From positions 1-46,444 of the forward strand of contig SVGF01000002.1 of assembly GCA_015056475.1 (NCBI GenBank): DNA of 46,444 nucleotides, written 5' to 3'. The position numbers and the translations under genes are program-made. Shown here one piece after another: positions 1 to 9,639 of this stretch. The DNA is from Clostridiales bacterium. Lineage in GTDB: Bacteria; Bacillota; Clostridia; HGM11327. Below the pieces are notes generated by a model. The model was given only the letters and a program-made list of their open reading frames with translations, did no database searches and had not been told where the DNA came from. Positions within the stretch are counted from its first letter, which is position 1. Every line of letters begins with the position of its first letter.

Positions 1-1535
1 TATATACCCTTATCCTTATCAAACAGTAAAGTGTTTACAGCGGTCTTAAGTGCGGTCTTCTTTTTTCTGCACTCAGAGGCGGCAACTTTGTCACCTATTG
101 CATCGTATATCAGCTCTGCATAGTTCAATGCCATAAAATAGAACATATTGAGCACAGTCTGCCCCAATGCCTTAGGCGGATGATGCATGGAGAATCCGTC
201 AATATATATCCAGTCAACGAACATATAATCCGGCGGAGTTTCTATAAGTCCGTTTTCGCCCACGTAAGTACCAAAGCGCGCCAAAAGCATATCGAGTGCA
301 TCGCGGCAATCTGTAAGTAACTCAAAATTTCCGCCGAGCATATAAACGTCGTAAAGCATTCTCACCCATATCAGACTGTAGGTCGTGTGGAACATTCTTC
401 CGTCATTGTGTCGCAGTATCTCAGCAGTGCGCTCCACGTCAAACTCAGCCAAGCGCATGTCGCCAAACGAAAACGCCGTCATAAGTGATTCAATATAGTA
501 ATCGCCCGTACAAGCCAGCGGCTCGCAATGTCTGGGGCTGTCAAGATGATGCGTTTGACGGCAGTATTTCAGCGTATGCTTACAAACCTTCAACACCTCG
601 TTGACGTCTTTGTCGTCGGTCACGGTATTTGCATCTGCTTCAACGGGATAGCAGGTGGTAACGATTCCGATATTGATGCTTGCAACTGAATCTGATTCGT
701 TTTTAAGACGGACTGTTAAGCTTCCAACGCTTTCCATATTAAAGCTTCTGTATTCGTCACCATTACCGCAAAGGGTTACGTTTTCTGTTGCGTTGCGAGG
801 CTCATCCGTTTCTTTGAATACAAAAGACGTATTTACTACCCCGCAGTCGTTTGACAAAACGTGAATATATCCCGCATATATCATATCAAGCTCAAACGTT
901 TTTGTGATCTCCTCGTGCGGCGCTAACCTAATTTGCCCCAACAAAAGCTCGTTTTCGGATCTTACGGGTATGGGCGCGAGCTTTACGTGCCAAATGTCGG
1001 GTATGATCTGCGCATTAACGTAATTATCGGGCTGAATTCTACCGTCGTAAATGCCGCGAGTCACATAGGCGGAGTTTTTTCTTGCAAGCCAAGTGTCGTC
1101 GGTTGAGATCTGCTCAAAGCTTCCGTCTTCAAAATGTACTGCAGCCCAAAGCATAAATCCGCCGTGCCCCTTTGAAAACTCGCATATCATGGCAGGGCAC
1201 ATCTTAACTCTTGCAAATATCTCAAGCTTGTTGCCTTCGGGGATAAATTCGGTCTTATTTGCATAATACCATTCTCTTGCTTTTCCGTTGCCCAAAAAAT
1301 CTCCTCCAACGGTTGAAGGTCCCGTTGCAACGATCTTACCATTGCAATAAAGATGAACGTCAGTATCGGCGCTGAAATAAGCCGTCACCAACGAAATTGG
1401 TCTATCAAATTCATACGTCTTATTAAACTCTGCAACAGTGTAAGAGCTCAGCGGAGCGTCGCTCAACATATCAAATCTTGTGGTCTGGTTATTGGGATAA
1501 ACAGATTCGGGAAGCCATATCCATGTTTCTTTCAC
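1..1535 (-). CDS. Partial CDS (N-terminal ~511 codons; C-terminus lies beyond the left window edge): alpha-L-rhamnosidase (GH78)-like glycoside hydrolase
   Basis: Absent from the ORF track because it is open at the window edge. My reverse-complement translation from GTG at 1535 (AAGGAGG at 1543-1549, 7 nt spacer) reads MKETWIWLPESVYPNNQTTRFDM...AYFSADTDVHLYCNGKIVATGP... and later ...HHLDSPRHCEPLACTGDYYIESL.... This resembles the rhamnosidase N-terminal domain plus a degenerate six-hairpin motif (D-x-P-x-R-x-E...W-x-GD). I saw no in-frame stop down to position 1. Confidence 0.6.
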   Translation of the reverse strand, partial: MKETWIWLPESVYPNNQTTRFDMLSDAPLSSYTVAEFNKTYEFDRPISLVTAYFSADTDVHLYCNGKIVATGPSTVGGDFLGNGKAREWYYANKTEFIPEGNKLEIFARVKMCPAMICEFSKGHGGFMLWAAVHFEDGSFEQISTDDTWLARKNSAYVTRGIYDGRIQPDNYVNAQIIPDIWHVKLAPIPVRSENELLLGQIRLAPHEEITKTFELDMIYAGYIHVLSNDCGVVNTSFVFKETDEPRNATENVTLCGNGDEYRSFNMESVGSLTVRLKNESDSVASINIGIVTTCYPVEADANTVTDDKDVNEVLKVCKHTLKYCRQTHHLDSPRHCEPLACTGDYYIESLMTAFSFGDMRLAEFDVERTAEILRHNDGRMFHTTYSLIWVRMLYDVYMLGGNFELLTDCRDALDMLLARFGTYVGENGLIETPPDYMFVDWIYIDGFSMHHPPKALGQTVLNMFYFMALNYAELIYDAIGDKVAASECRKKKTALKTAVNTLLFDKDKGI

Positions 1536-1669
1536 CGTAAATCCTCCTTATCTGCAAATGTTTGTAAAATTATATTTATATTATAGCACGAAACAAAAAA
1601 TAAATCAACGCCGTACCTTACAACAGCGAGCATTGATCACACACTTACCCTCAAGTATTAAAGGATACT

Positions 1670-1705
1670 AAGAGCCGATACGGAGTTTAATCCATATCGG
1701 CTCTT
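1670..1705 (-). terminator. Hairpin downstream of the thrC/small-ORF operon (putative terminator)
   Basis: Perfect 11-bp stem AAGAGCCGATA / TATCGGCTCTT with a 14-nt loop, about 105 nt downstream of the stop at 1811. The T-tract on the minus strand is weak. Confidence 0.45.
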
Positions 1706-1810
1706 ACTGTTTCTGATAGCACCTTGTGTAGTGAATAAGTGCAATCTTGTTCATATTGATTTTCGTTATTCATATCATATGAACTGTATTTTGTTACAAA
1801 ACGGCTTATA

Positions 1811-2089
1811 TTACGCTTGCTTTATAATATCTCCGTTTGGAAATTCAACACAAATAATGTCATTATCATCAAGATACGCTATGGCATTTTCGTGATCACC
1901 GCACTCAACAAGGATCTTTTTCAGTACAGAAAACATATCCTTATTTATCGCAGATTCTCTGTCTTTATATAACGTGATTATTTTGAGGTTTTGATCGCCG
2001 TATGAAGAAACGCCGTCAAGGTCAAAATAATTGTTGTATTCTCTTAATCTAAGATCAAATGAGGGTTTATCCCATTGAATTTCGGACAT
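1811..2089 (-). CDS. Hypothetical 92-aa protein, probably co-transcribed with thrC
   Basis: Complete ORF. ATG lies 19 nt after the thrC stop, with a GGAG upstream. I recognise no motif. The protein is acidic and has no TM segment. Confidence 0.55.
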   Translation of the reverse strand: MSEIQWDKPSFDLRLREYNNYFDLDGVSSYGDQNLKIITLYKDRESAINKDMFSVLKKILVECGDHENAIAYLDDNDIICVEFPNGDIIKQA

Positions 2090-2108
2090 AAGCTATATCT
2101 CCGGAGAT

Positions 2109-3611
2109 TCAGTTGATACCGAGCGTTTCAAGGACAAAATCAGCCATTTGTTCCTTGTTTTTAACTGTTTTGTGGAGTACGGGTTTATTTTTGAGTCCCT
2201 TAAGAGGAGTGGGAACGGGCACACCCGTCTTCTCACAAAGCGCATCCATTACAGCAAACTCATCTTCAAGCTCAGCGGCTTCTTCTTTACCAAATATCGC
2301 AGTATAAACGCTGTTTGAGAATTTGTACGGGCTGGCTGTTGAAAGAACAACTGTGGGTGTAGCATCGCCCGTTGCAGACTTGTACTGATCCACAACGTTG
2401 AGTGCCACTGCCGTATGAGTGTCGCTTACGTAGCCTGTGCTTTCATAGAATTCTCTGATGGTCTGCATTGTAGCTTCGCCGTCTGCATAGCCTGCCCAGA
2501 ATTCACTGTCAATAGTCTCTCTCATAAATTCGGGAATAGTGTATTCGCCAACAGTTGAAAGCTTATTCATAAGGTCTGCAACAAGCGCATTGTCCTTGCC
2601 GCTTACGTAGTATAAAAGTCTTTCAAGATTGCTGGACACAAGTATATCCATGGAGGGGGAGATGGTCTTTGCAAGCTCGCGCTTTCTGTTGTAATTACCC
2701 GTGCGGATAAAATCAAACAAAACGTTATTCTCGTTTGATGCACAGATGAGCTTGTTTATTGGCAAGCCGAGCATCTTTGCATATCTGCCTGCAAGGATGT
2801 CACCAAAATTACCCGTGGGCACAGCAAAATTTATTTTGTCACCAAAATTGATCTTGCCATCCTCCAAAAGCTTTTTGTAAGCGTAGAAATAATATACCAC
2901 CTGGGGCGCAAGCCTTCCGACGTTGATGGAGTTTGCGGATGAAAAATCCATATTCTCAGCCAAAAGCTTGTTGCTTATGGCGTTGTCAGAGAATATTATC
3001 TTAACGCCTGTCTGTGTATCGTCAAAATCGCCGTTGATACCGCAAACGTAAGTATTGTTTCCCTCCTGAGTTGTCATCTGTGCCTTTTGTGCAACGCTGA
3101 CACCGTCGTTGGGGAAGAAAACAATAATGCTCGTGCCTTCAACGTCCTTAAAGCCCTCAAGAGCAGCCTTACCCGTGTCGCCGGATGTAGCCGTGAGTAT
3201 TACCGTGCGGGACTTGTCGTCATTGAGCTTTTTTGAAGCTGTAACAAGGCGGGGGAGCATCTGCAACGCAACGTCCTTAAACGCGCATGTCGGACCGTGG
3301 AAAAGCTCAAGAATTATGCTGTCACCTGCATAAGCAACGGGGGTGACCTCGTCTGTATCAAATCTTGAAACGTATGCGTCCTCAACGCATTTTGACATTA
3401 CTTCCTCGGGGTAATCGGGCAAAAGGATACCCAATATCTTTTTTGCCATTTCAACGTAAGAGAGCTTTGTTATCTCTGCTACGTCAACCTTACATTCATC
3501 AAGATCGCGCATTACAAAAAGTCCGCCATCGGGAGCTAAGCCTTTAAGTACAGCCTTTGATGCGGTTGTTTTTATCTGACTGCTTCTTGTACTTTCATAA
3601 AGTGTATTCAT
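2109..3611 (-). CDS. thrC: Threonine synthase (long form)
   Basis: MNTLYESTRS...LKGLAPDGGLFV, PLP-lysine context HGPTCAFKDVALQ, and TSGDTGKAA. I chose the start at ATG 3611 (AAAGGTGA upstream) rather than the track's 3656. Confidence 0.9.
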   Translation of the reverse strand: MNTLYESTRSSQIKTTASKAVLKGLAPDGGLFVMRDLDECKVDVAEITKLSYVEMAKKILGILLPDYPEEVMSKCVEDAYVSRFDTDEVTPVAYAGDSIILELFHGPTCAFKDVALQMLPRLVTASKKLNDDKSRTVILTATSGDTGKAALEGFKDVEGTSIIVFFPNDGVSVAQKAQMTTQEGNNTYVCGINGDFDDTQTGVKIIFSDNAISNKLLAENMDFSSANSINVGRLAPQVVYYFYAYKKLLEDGKINFGDKINFAVPTGNFGDILAGRYAKMLGLPINKLICASNENNVLFDFIRTGNYNRKRELAKTISPSMDILVSSNLERLLYYVSGKDNALVADLMNKLSTVGEYTIPEFMRETIDSEFWAGYADGEATMQTIREFYESTGYVSDTHTAVALNVVDQYKSATGDATPTVVLSTASPYKFSNSVYTAIFGKEEAAELEDEFAVMDALCEKTGVPVPTPLKGLKNKPVLHKTVKNKEQMADFVLETLGIN

Positions 3612-3781
3612 ATGAATAATCACCTTTCTATATAAAAATTTGTGTTCTGATAACAATATTCTTCCTTATATATGATACAACAAAATCGTGTTTTTTGCAA
3701 GAGGAAAATGGAATATAATCAAAGATTTTTACTGAAGCTCAAACGAATAACTGATTTGATAACGTGTTTTTTATAAAAATA

Positions 3782-3810
3782 TTGACAAATGGTTTTGTTT
3801 ATGATAAACT
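3782..3810 (+). promoter_or_regulatory. Putative sigma-A promoter of the three-paralog cluster
   Basis: TTGACA (3782-3787), 17-nt spacer, TAAACT (3805-3810), about 70 nt upstream of ATG 3881. Confidence 0.45.
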
Positions 3811-3880
3811 TATCATTGTACGGATGAATGCACAATATTCTGAACAATTAATAAATAATTCAGTACAGAAAGGAAATAAT

Positions 3881-5065
3881 ATGGCAAAAAAATTCCCTAT
3901 GGGAGCATGGGTGTATAACCCTATAACTGATTTTACTCCCGATGAAGTTGACGTTTGGGCTGATATGGGCCTGACAGTGACAATGTGCGGCACGGTGAAA
4001 TATGACGAGGCTGAATTGGTGCTGCCTTTTCTTGACAGAGCCAAAGAACGAGATATCAAGCTGATAGCATGGGTATCGGGTATTGGCAACCCAAGAAGTG
4101 ATGAGGCAGGTTACAAGGCAAGATTCAAGGAGCTTTATGAGAACAAGCTTAAAAAGCATCCCGCATTGTACGGATTCTTTATAGGTGACGAACCCGGCAA
4201 TCCCGATGCGGTTGAATACGTGATCGCAGAAATGAAGGCACAAAAGGAGGTTGCTCCCGAATTACATCCATACATAAATCTTATGGGAAGTACGTACTCA
4301 CGCAGAAATATCTTCCCGGGAAAAACGTATCCCGAGTTCATAACCGATTTCAAAGAAAGAACTGCCTGCGAATCGTTCTGCTTTGATATATACGATCAGA
4401 CCATTAACGACGGCGGCGTAACAAATTTCTACGCAACGTTGAAGGCTCAGAACGAAGCTGCAAATGCTGCAGGGATCGATTGTTGGGCAACTTTGCTTTC
4501 AAGTGCGCATTGGTCATACAGAATTCCGACCGAATATCAATTTATGTGGGCTATTTCTCATTCTGCGGCGTTGGGCTGCAAGGGCATTATGTGGTTCAGG
4601 CTCTACGACAGAGAGATAGCGCCCGAGTATCACGGCTCACCCATTGATGAGTTTGGCTTCAAGACAGAGCAGTACAATAAGCTTATGCGTTGCCAAAAGA
4701 GGTTCCAGGAGCATTTTGGTGAGATAATGCTTGGTCTGCATTGGAAAAAAGCATATTTAACAGGCTTCCCGAGAATGAGCTATACTATGTTTAACGAGTA
4801 TTGCCATGACGTTATCAAATCTATAGACGTATTTGAAAGAGGCGTTATAAGCTTTTTTGAGGACGATAACGGTAAGGAATACTTTGCACTTGTAAATGCT
4901 GAAATGGTTCAGCCCACACATTTTGACTTTGTGTACGATAATACAAAGGCCAATATCGTGGAGCTCGAGCGTAACGGTAAGGTTGAAAGCAGAGTGGGAA
5001 GACGCTATGCAACTGCGGATTTGTATCCGGGTCAGATGCTTTTATTCAGAATTGACAGAAAGTAA
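3881..5065 (+). CDS. Uncharacterised cytoplasmic TIM-barrel-like glycosidase candidate, paralog 1 of 3
   Basis: Start at MAKKFPMGAWVY (ATG 3881, AAAGGAAA upstream). Blocks shared with the next two genes: FPxGAWVY, HPALYGFFxGDEP, APELxPxINxxGST, FDxYxQxxxDGGVT, CWATLLSSAH, PTEYxxMW, GxKGIxWFRLYD, IAPxYHGSPIDExG, RCQxRFxxxFGE, YPGQMxLFRIDRK. No signal peptide. Coding confidence is high; functional confidence is low. Confidence 0.85.
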   Translation: MAKKFPMGAWVYNPITDFTPDEVDVWADMGLTVTMCGTVKYDEAELVLPFLDRAKERDIKLIAWVSGIGNPRSDEAGYKARFKELYENKLKKHPALYGFFIGDEPGNPDAVEYVIAEMKAQKEVAPELHPYINLMGSTYSRRNIFPGKTYPEFITDFKERTACESFCFDIYDQTINDGGVTNFYATLKAQNEAANAAGIDCWATLLSSAHWSYRIPTEYQFMWAISHSAALGCKGIMWFRLYDREIAPEYHGSPIDEFGFKTEQYNKLMRCQKRFQEHFGEIMLGLHWKKAYLTGFPRMSYTMFNEYCHDVIKSIDVFERGVISFFEDDNGKEYFALVNAEMVQPTHFDFVYDNTKANIVELERNGKVESRVGRRYATADLYPGQMLLFRIDRK

Positions 5066-5076
5066 GGGTGACGATC

Positions 5077-6309
5077 ATGACTAAAAATACTACAACTAAA
5101 TACCCGTTTGGTGCGTGGATATATCCCAACCAAAAGAATTTTACTCCCAATGAGGTGGATACGTGGGCAGAGCTCGGCTTGACAGTAACCCTCGGCGCAA
5201 AGCTTGGTGACAGCGTTGAGGAGCTTGAAACGTTCAAAGGCTTCCTTGACAAAGCCTCACAGCTTGGCATAAAGCTCATAGCCAATATCGACAGCCTTTC
5301 ATACGGCGTACTTGACAGAGGCATGAGCGAGGAAGAATACGAGCAGAATTTTACTCGTGTTTATAATGTTCTTAAGGGGCATCCAGCACTTTACGGCTTC
5401 TTTTGCGGTGATGAACCAAGCACAAAAAAGAGCCTTGAAAGCACTATCAGTGTAATGAAGATACAAAAGAAGATAGCACCCGAGTTGAATCCGTGGATAA
5501 ACATACAGGGCTCAACTGCAGATTACGATTCCGAAAGGCTTGGCGGCAGAACCTTTGCCGAATGGCTCAAGTATTTCAAGGAAGAAACCGGCGTCGATTA
5601 CTATACCTTTGACGAATATTCGCAGACGATCAATGACGGCGGCGTAAGGATCTATTTTGATACTCTTAAAAAGCACGTTGAAGCCTCAGAGGAGGCAGGT
5701 GTTGAATGCTGGGCAACCTTGCTTTCAAGCGCACACGATGCGTACCGCGTTCCGACTGAGTATGAATACATGTGGCAGATCACAACTGCTGCGGCTTGCG
5801 GCGTAAAGGGCATTTGCTGGTTCAGACTTTACGATAACAAGATCGCCCCCAATTATCACGGCTCTCCCATTGACGAATACGGCAGCAAAACAGAGCATTA
5901 TTGGGACCTTTTGCGTTGCCAAAGAAGATTCCAGGCTCAGTTTGGCGAGATAATGCTCAAATTAAAGAGAAAAAAGACCTGCCTTATCGGTTTCAGATAC
6001 GGCTCATTCCCAATATTCAGCGAAAACTCCCACGATGTTATCAAAGAGATACGTTGCTTTGAAAACGGCTTGGTAAGCTTCTTTGAGGACGAGGAAGGAA
6101 ATGAATTCTGCGCGCTGGTAAACACAGAAAAGAAACAGCCGGCTGATTTCAGGATAATCTATGACAGTTCAAAGGCATCGTTTACGGAATACAGGCTCAA
6201 CGGTAAGCTCAAAATGCCGTTTGACGGATCGTCCGATCCCGGTACTGCCGATATGGGCTTGATACTCTATCCCGGACAGATGATATTGTTCAGAATAGAC
6301 AGAAAGTGA
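5077..6309 (+). CDS. Uncharacterised cytoplasmic TIM-barrel-like glycosidase candidate, paralog 2 of 3
   Basis: ATG 5077 preceded by AAGGGTGA; the track's start at 5068 is a GTG. The protein aligns end to end with paralogs 1 and 3 by eye. Confidence 0.85.
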   Translation: MTKNTTTKYPFGAWIYPNQKNFTPNEVDTWAELGLTVTLGAKLGDSVEELETFKGFLDKASQLGIKLIANIDSLSYGVLDRGMSEEEYEQNFTRVYNVLKGHPALYGFFCGDEPSTKKSLESTISVMKIQKKIAPELNPWINIQGSTADYDSERLGGRTFAEWLKYFKEETGVDYYTFDEYSQTINDGGVRIYFDTLKKHVEASEEAGVECWATLLSSAHDAYRVPTEYEYMWQITTAAACGVKGICWFRLYDNKIAPNYHGSPIDEYGSKTEHYWDLLRCQRRFQAQFGEIMLKLKRKKTCLIGFRYGSFPIFSENSHDVIKEIRCFENGLVSFFEDEEGNEFCALVNTEKKQPADFRIIYDSSKASFTEYRLNGKLKMPFDGSSDPGTADMGLILYPGQMILFRIDRK

Positions 6310-6367
6310 TTGCAATAAGTTGTAACAACAATAATTAATATGTTAACTGAGTGAAAGGATAATATAT

Positions 6368-7561
6368 ATGGGTAAAAAATATCCTATTGGAGGTTGGGTG
6401 TATTTCTCAATGTCCGACGAAAACTATACAATAAAGGAATTGGACAGATGGGCCCAAAGCGGTTGCACGGTTATGCTTGCGGGCATTGTGGGCGGCAGCG
6501 AGGCCGAAACAAAAAAGACTCTGGAATTCCTTGACAGAGCCGAGGAGCTTGGAATCGGTTTGATACTTGACTGCGGTTGCGGATATTATTACTGTGACGA
6601 GGACAAGGCTGAACAGATCGAAGAACAAGCAAGAAAGAATTACGAGCGATTTAAGGGACATCCCGCATTGCGCGGATTCCACGTTGGTGATGAGCCCGGC
6701 ACACAAAAATTAATGGAAAACGCTATAAGAGCAATAGGTATCCAGATGAAGATCGCTCCGGAGCTGAATCCATATCTCAATATGTCGGGTGACACTCCGT
6801 GGTGGGATTTCTGCGGAACAGAGGGCTTGAAGGCATATCTCAAAAAGCTCAAAGAAGAAACAGGTTGCCGTGAGGTCTGCTTTGACAATTATGGGCAGGC
6901 GGACGGCGACGGCGGCGTAACAGGGTATTTCAGAACAATAAAGGCGTTTGTTGATGCTGCGGAGGAGGCAGGGTTAGAGCCTTGGGAAACTCCCATTTGC
7001 TCAGCTCACGGAACTTACAGACCGTTTACAGAATATCAGTACATGTGGCAGATAACAACGTCTGCGGCGCTCGGCATAAGGGGTATCACATGGTTCAGAT
7101 TCTACGACAGAATAATAGCTCCCAATTATCACAGCTCTCCCATTGATGAATACGGCAACACAACACTTACCTTTGAAAGACTTGGTCGCTGCCAAAAGCG
7201 CTTTAACGATCAGTTTGGTGAGCTCATTACAAGCCTCAAGAGAAAGAAATCGTGGTTGCTTGGCTTCCAGAGAATGTGCTATCCCATGTTTGGTGAGAAT
7301 AGCCACGAGCTCATAAAGGAGATCGTTTCATTTGAGAGAATGGTAATAAGCACGTTTGAGGATGAAAACGGAACTGAGTATCTCTGCCTTGTAAATGCCG
7401 AAATGGAACAGGCTACTTCAGTACAGGTGAGATACGATATGGAAAAGTGCAGACTTACAGGGCTTATACTAAACGGTAAGATAGAGAGCCGTTACAGAAG
7501 CGGCAGATCGATCTCTCTGTATCCCGGTCAGATGGCAATTTACAGGATCGACAAAATTTAA
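6368..7561 (+). CDS. Uncharacterised cytoplasmic TIM-barrel-like glycosidase candidate, paralog 3 of 3
   Basis: ATG 6368 with AAAGGA upstream. It has the same conserved blocks (HPALRGFHVGDEP, FDNYGQADGDGGVT, TEYQYMWQITTSAALGIRGITWFRFYD, IAPNYHSSPIDEYG, RCQKRFNDQFGE, YPGQMAIYRIDK). Confidence 0.85.
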   Translation: MGKKYPIGGWVYFSMSDENYTIKELDRWAQSGCTVMLAGIVGGSEAETKKTLEFLDRAEELGIGLILDCGCGYYYCDEDKAEQIEEQARKNYERFKGHPALRGFHVGDEPGTQKLMENAIRAIGIQMKIAPELNPYLNMSGDTPWWDFCGTEGLKAYLKKLKEETGCREVCFDNYGQADGDGGVTGYFRTIKAFVDAAEEAGLEPWETPICSAHGTYRPFTEYQYMWQITTSAALGIRGITWFRFYDRIIAPNYHSSPIDEYGNTTLTFERLGRCQKRFNDQFGELITSLKRKKSWLLGFQRMCYPMFGENSHELIKEIVSFERMVISTFEDENGTEYLCLVNAEMEQATSVQVRYDMEKCRLTGLILNGKIESRYRSGRSISLYPGQMAIYRIDKI

Positions 7562-7573
7562 TTTGAAAACATA

Positions 7574-7619
7574 AAAACAATACGACTGCGCAGTAAATAT
7601 TACGTAGTCGTATTGTTTT
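7574..7619. terminator. Bidirectional rho-independent terminator between paralog 3 (+) and degV (-)
   Basis: 11-bp stem ACAATACGACT / AGTCGTATTGT, flanked by an A-run upstream and TTTT downstream. Confidence 0.7.
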
Positions 7620-7641
7620 GTCATTTAATAAGCGGTCTATA

Positions 7642-8481
7642 TCACATAAACCCAACAATTATACCTTTTCTTTCCGCGTAATAGCTGTCAAGTCCGCGTG
7701 TTTCAAGCATCATAATACTTGTTGCAGGCCATTTGGACAGTATTGCGTTTTTCAGCTTCAGCGAAATTTCGGGATTGTAGCAATGGCTTATTATTACGCT
7801 CCCACCGTTAAATTTACAATCAGTCATGTAATCGGTTATTATATTTATGGCCTTGGAATGACCTCTGGCTTTGCCCTTTATCTGTATCGTGCCCAAATCA
7901 CTTGCTGATCCAACTCCCCACATACCAAGCGTTTTGGCTACGAATCCGACTAATTTATTCATTCTTCCGCTTTTTACAAGGTTGTCAAACGAGCAGAGGG
8001 CAAATGCAGTATGAGTATTTGCAAGCAAGGCTTCAGCCTTATTGATTATTTCATCAAATTCCAGCCCGGCTTCTATCCATTTTTTTAGCGCGAAAATACA
8101 CATTGCACATTCGGGTCCGGTTGACAATGAATCAAGCACGTATATGTTTTTCTGTGGGTGACTTGCAAGCACACTTTCCATACCAAGCCTTGCGCTGTTG
8201 TAACATCCCGAAAGATTCGACGATATGGTAATAGCAATGCAGTTGTCAGCCTTCATAAATTCATTAGCCCAAGCTTCGGGCGACGGACATGCGGAATAGC
8301 TTGAAGCTGAGGTGCTTTCCATGTAGTCAAGCATTACGGATGGTATAAGATCCTCGCTGTCAATGTATTCCTTATCTCCTATTGTAAAAACAAAGGGGAT
8401 AGTAGTAAATCCCACTTTTTCGCATTCGATATCTGTGGCTTTGAGGTCACATGCGGAATCGGATATAATTCTCCAAGTCAT
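7642..8481 (-). CDS. DegV family (fatty-acid binding) protein
   Basis: MTWRIISDSACDL... has the typical DegV N-terminus and a 279-aa length. AAGGAG lies upstream of ATG 8481. Confidence 0.8.
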   Translation of the reverse strand: MTWRIISDSACDLKATDIECEKVGFTTIPFVFTIGDKEYIDSEDLIPSVMLDYMESTSASSYSACPSPEAWANEFMKADNCIAITISSNLSGCYNSARLGMESVLASHPQKNIYVLDSLSTGPECAMCIFALKKWIEAGLEFDEIINKAEALLANTHTAFALCSFDNLVKSGRMNKLVGFVAKTLGMWGVGSASDLGTIQIKGKARGHSKAINIITDYMTDCKFNGGSVIISHCYNPEISLKLKNAILSKWPATSIMMLETRGLDSYYAERKGIIVGFM

Positions 8482-8898
8482 AGTGTATACTCCTTTTTTA
8501 TGTTTTATTTTAATATTTTAAGAAAAATGCTTAAGTAACAGTTAAGCCTCGCTCTTTGAGCGGGGCTTAATCAATATTTATACCGACAGTTAAAGTGGTA
8601 TGGGGATACCGTGGTGTATAGTAATAAATGGTGGGGAATACTGCCGATATATATTCAAAACGATCATCGTGTTTCCAAGACAACTATATTATATCTTATT
8701 GATCAGAATTTGTCACCCTAATCTGCTAAAAAACGTGTTGAAGCGGTGAAGAATAGCGTTCTCTCTGCCGTGGAGAACCACTCTCTTTGCAAGAGAGTAT
8801 TGATTTTTTCGCATTTTTAGTGTATAATATATGTGTGACGATAAAAATCATCACGCAAGGCTATAACTTGTACTCAAAAACAAAAAAGGAGATCTGAA

Positions 8899-9486
8899 AT
8901 GGAAGATATCAAAAAAATAATCGGTAAAAACATTATTGACCTCAGAAAAAAGCATGGCTTAACTCAGGCTGAGCTTGCCGAAAAGGTAAATTATTCAGAT
9001 AAAGCGGTATCCAAGTGGGAGTGTGGGGATGCCGTGCCGGATATTTCGGTGCTCAAGCAGTTGGCAGATTACCTTAACGTAACGGTAGATTATCTTTTGC
9101 ACGAAGAACACCAGGAAAAAAAGTCCGAGCCGCCTGTAAACCATATCGTCAAGAGAAATCAAAAGATGATCACTTTTCTTTCCGTTGCTCTTGTTTGGCT
9201 CGTCGCAACCATACTGTTTACAGTGCTCGATTACGTGCCCGGTATCAGCTGGCAATGGATAGTATTTGTTTATTCTGTGCCGTTGTCTTTTATCGTGTTG
9301 CTCGTGTTTAATTGCATCTGGGGAACAACAAAATGGAACTTTGCAATAATTACAGGTCTTGTATGGTCTTTTCTTCTCAGCGTTTATCTCACGTTGCTGA
9401 GCCTTAACCTTTGGATGGTGTTTATAATAGGAATTCCTGCGCAGATAATCATTATTCTTTGGTCGGGAATTAAAAAAATAGACTGA
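8899..9486 (+). CDS. XRE-family HTH regulator with a C-terminal four-TM membrane domain
   Basis: HTH_3 pattern LRKKHGLTQAELAEKVNYSDKAVSKWECG...LKQLADYLNVTVDYLL, followed by about four hydrophobic helices. AAAGGAG upstream. Confidence 0.85.
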   Translation: MEDIKKIIGKNIIDLRKKHGLTQAELAEKVNYSDKAVSKWECGDAVPDISVLKQLADYLNVTVDYLLHEEHQEKKSEPPVNHIVKRNQKMITFLSVALVWLVATILFTVLDYVPGISWQWIVFVYSVPLSFIVLLVFNCIWGTTKWNFAIITGLVWSFLLSVYLTLLSLNLWMVFIIGIPAQIIIILWSGIKKID

Positions 9487-9574
9487 GCACAATTTTTGTT
9501 CATAAATTGTTTATAATTTTTTTGAAAAAAAGTCGTGCATTCGTTCTTAAATGTGGTATAATAGATATAACAAG

Positions 9575-9600
9575 GTTGCAACGGTTGCAACAGTTGCAAC
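9575..9600. repeat. Three tandem copies of the 8-bp palindrome GTTGCAAC at 9-bp spacing
   Basis: GTTGCAAC at 9575-9582, 9584-9591 and 9593-9600. The array starts 13 nt after an extended -10 element TGgTATAAT (9554-9562) and ends about 40 nt before ATG 9640. Confidence 0.9.
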
Positions 9601-9639
9601 GATTGATAAAAAACATTATGTCCAAGGAGGATAACAGTT

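Noticed and set aside
3764-3880. N-terminal extensions proposed by the ORF track. The listed span is one example; others are 12473, 17748-18539, 19233, 20010, 23083, 24353, 27268, 31050, 33180, 34036, 39100, 41135 and 43134.
   Set aside because: In each case an internal ATG or GTG has a properly spaced Shine-Dalgarno sequence and begins the conserved N-terminus of the family. The upstream extension has no RBS and runs through promoter or terminator sequence.
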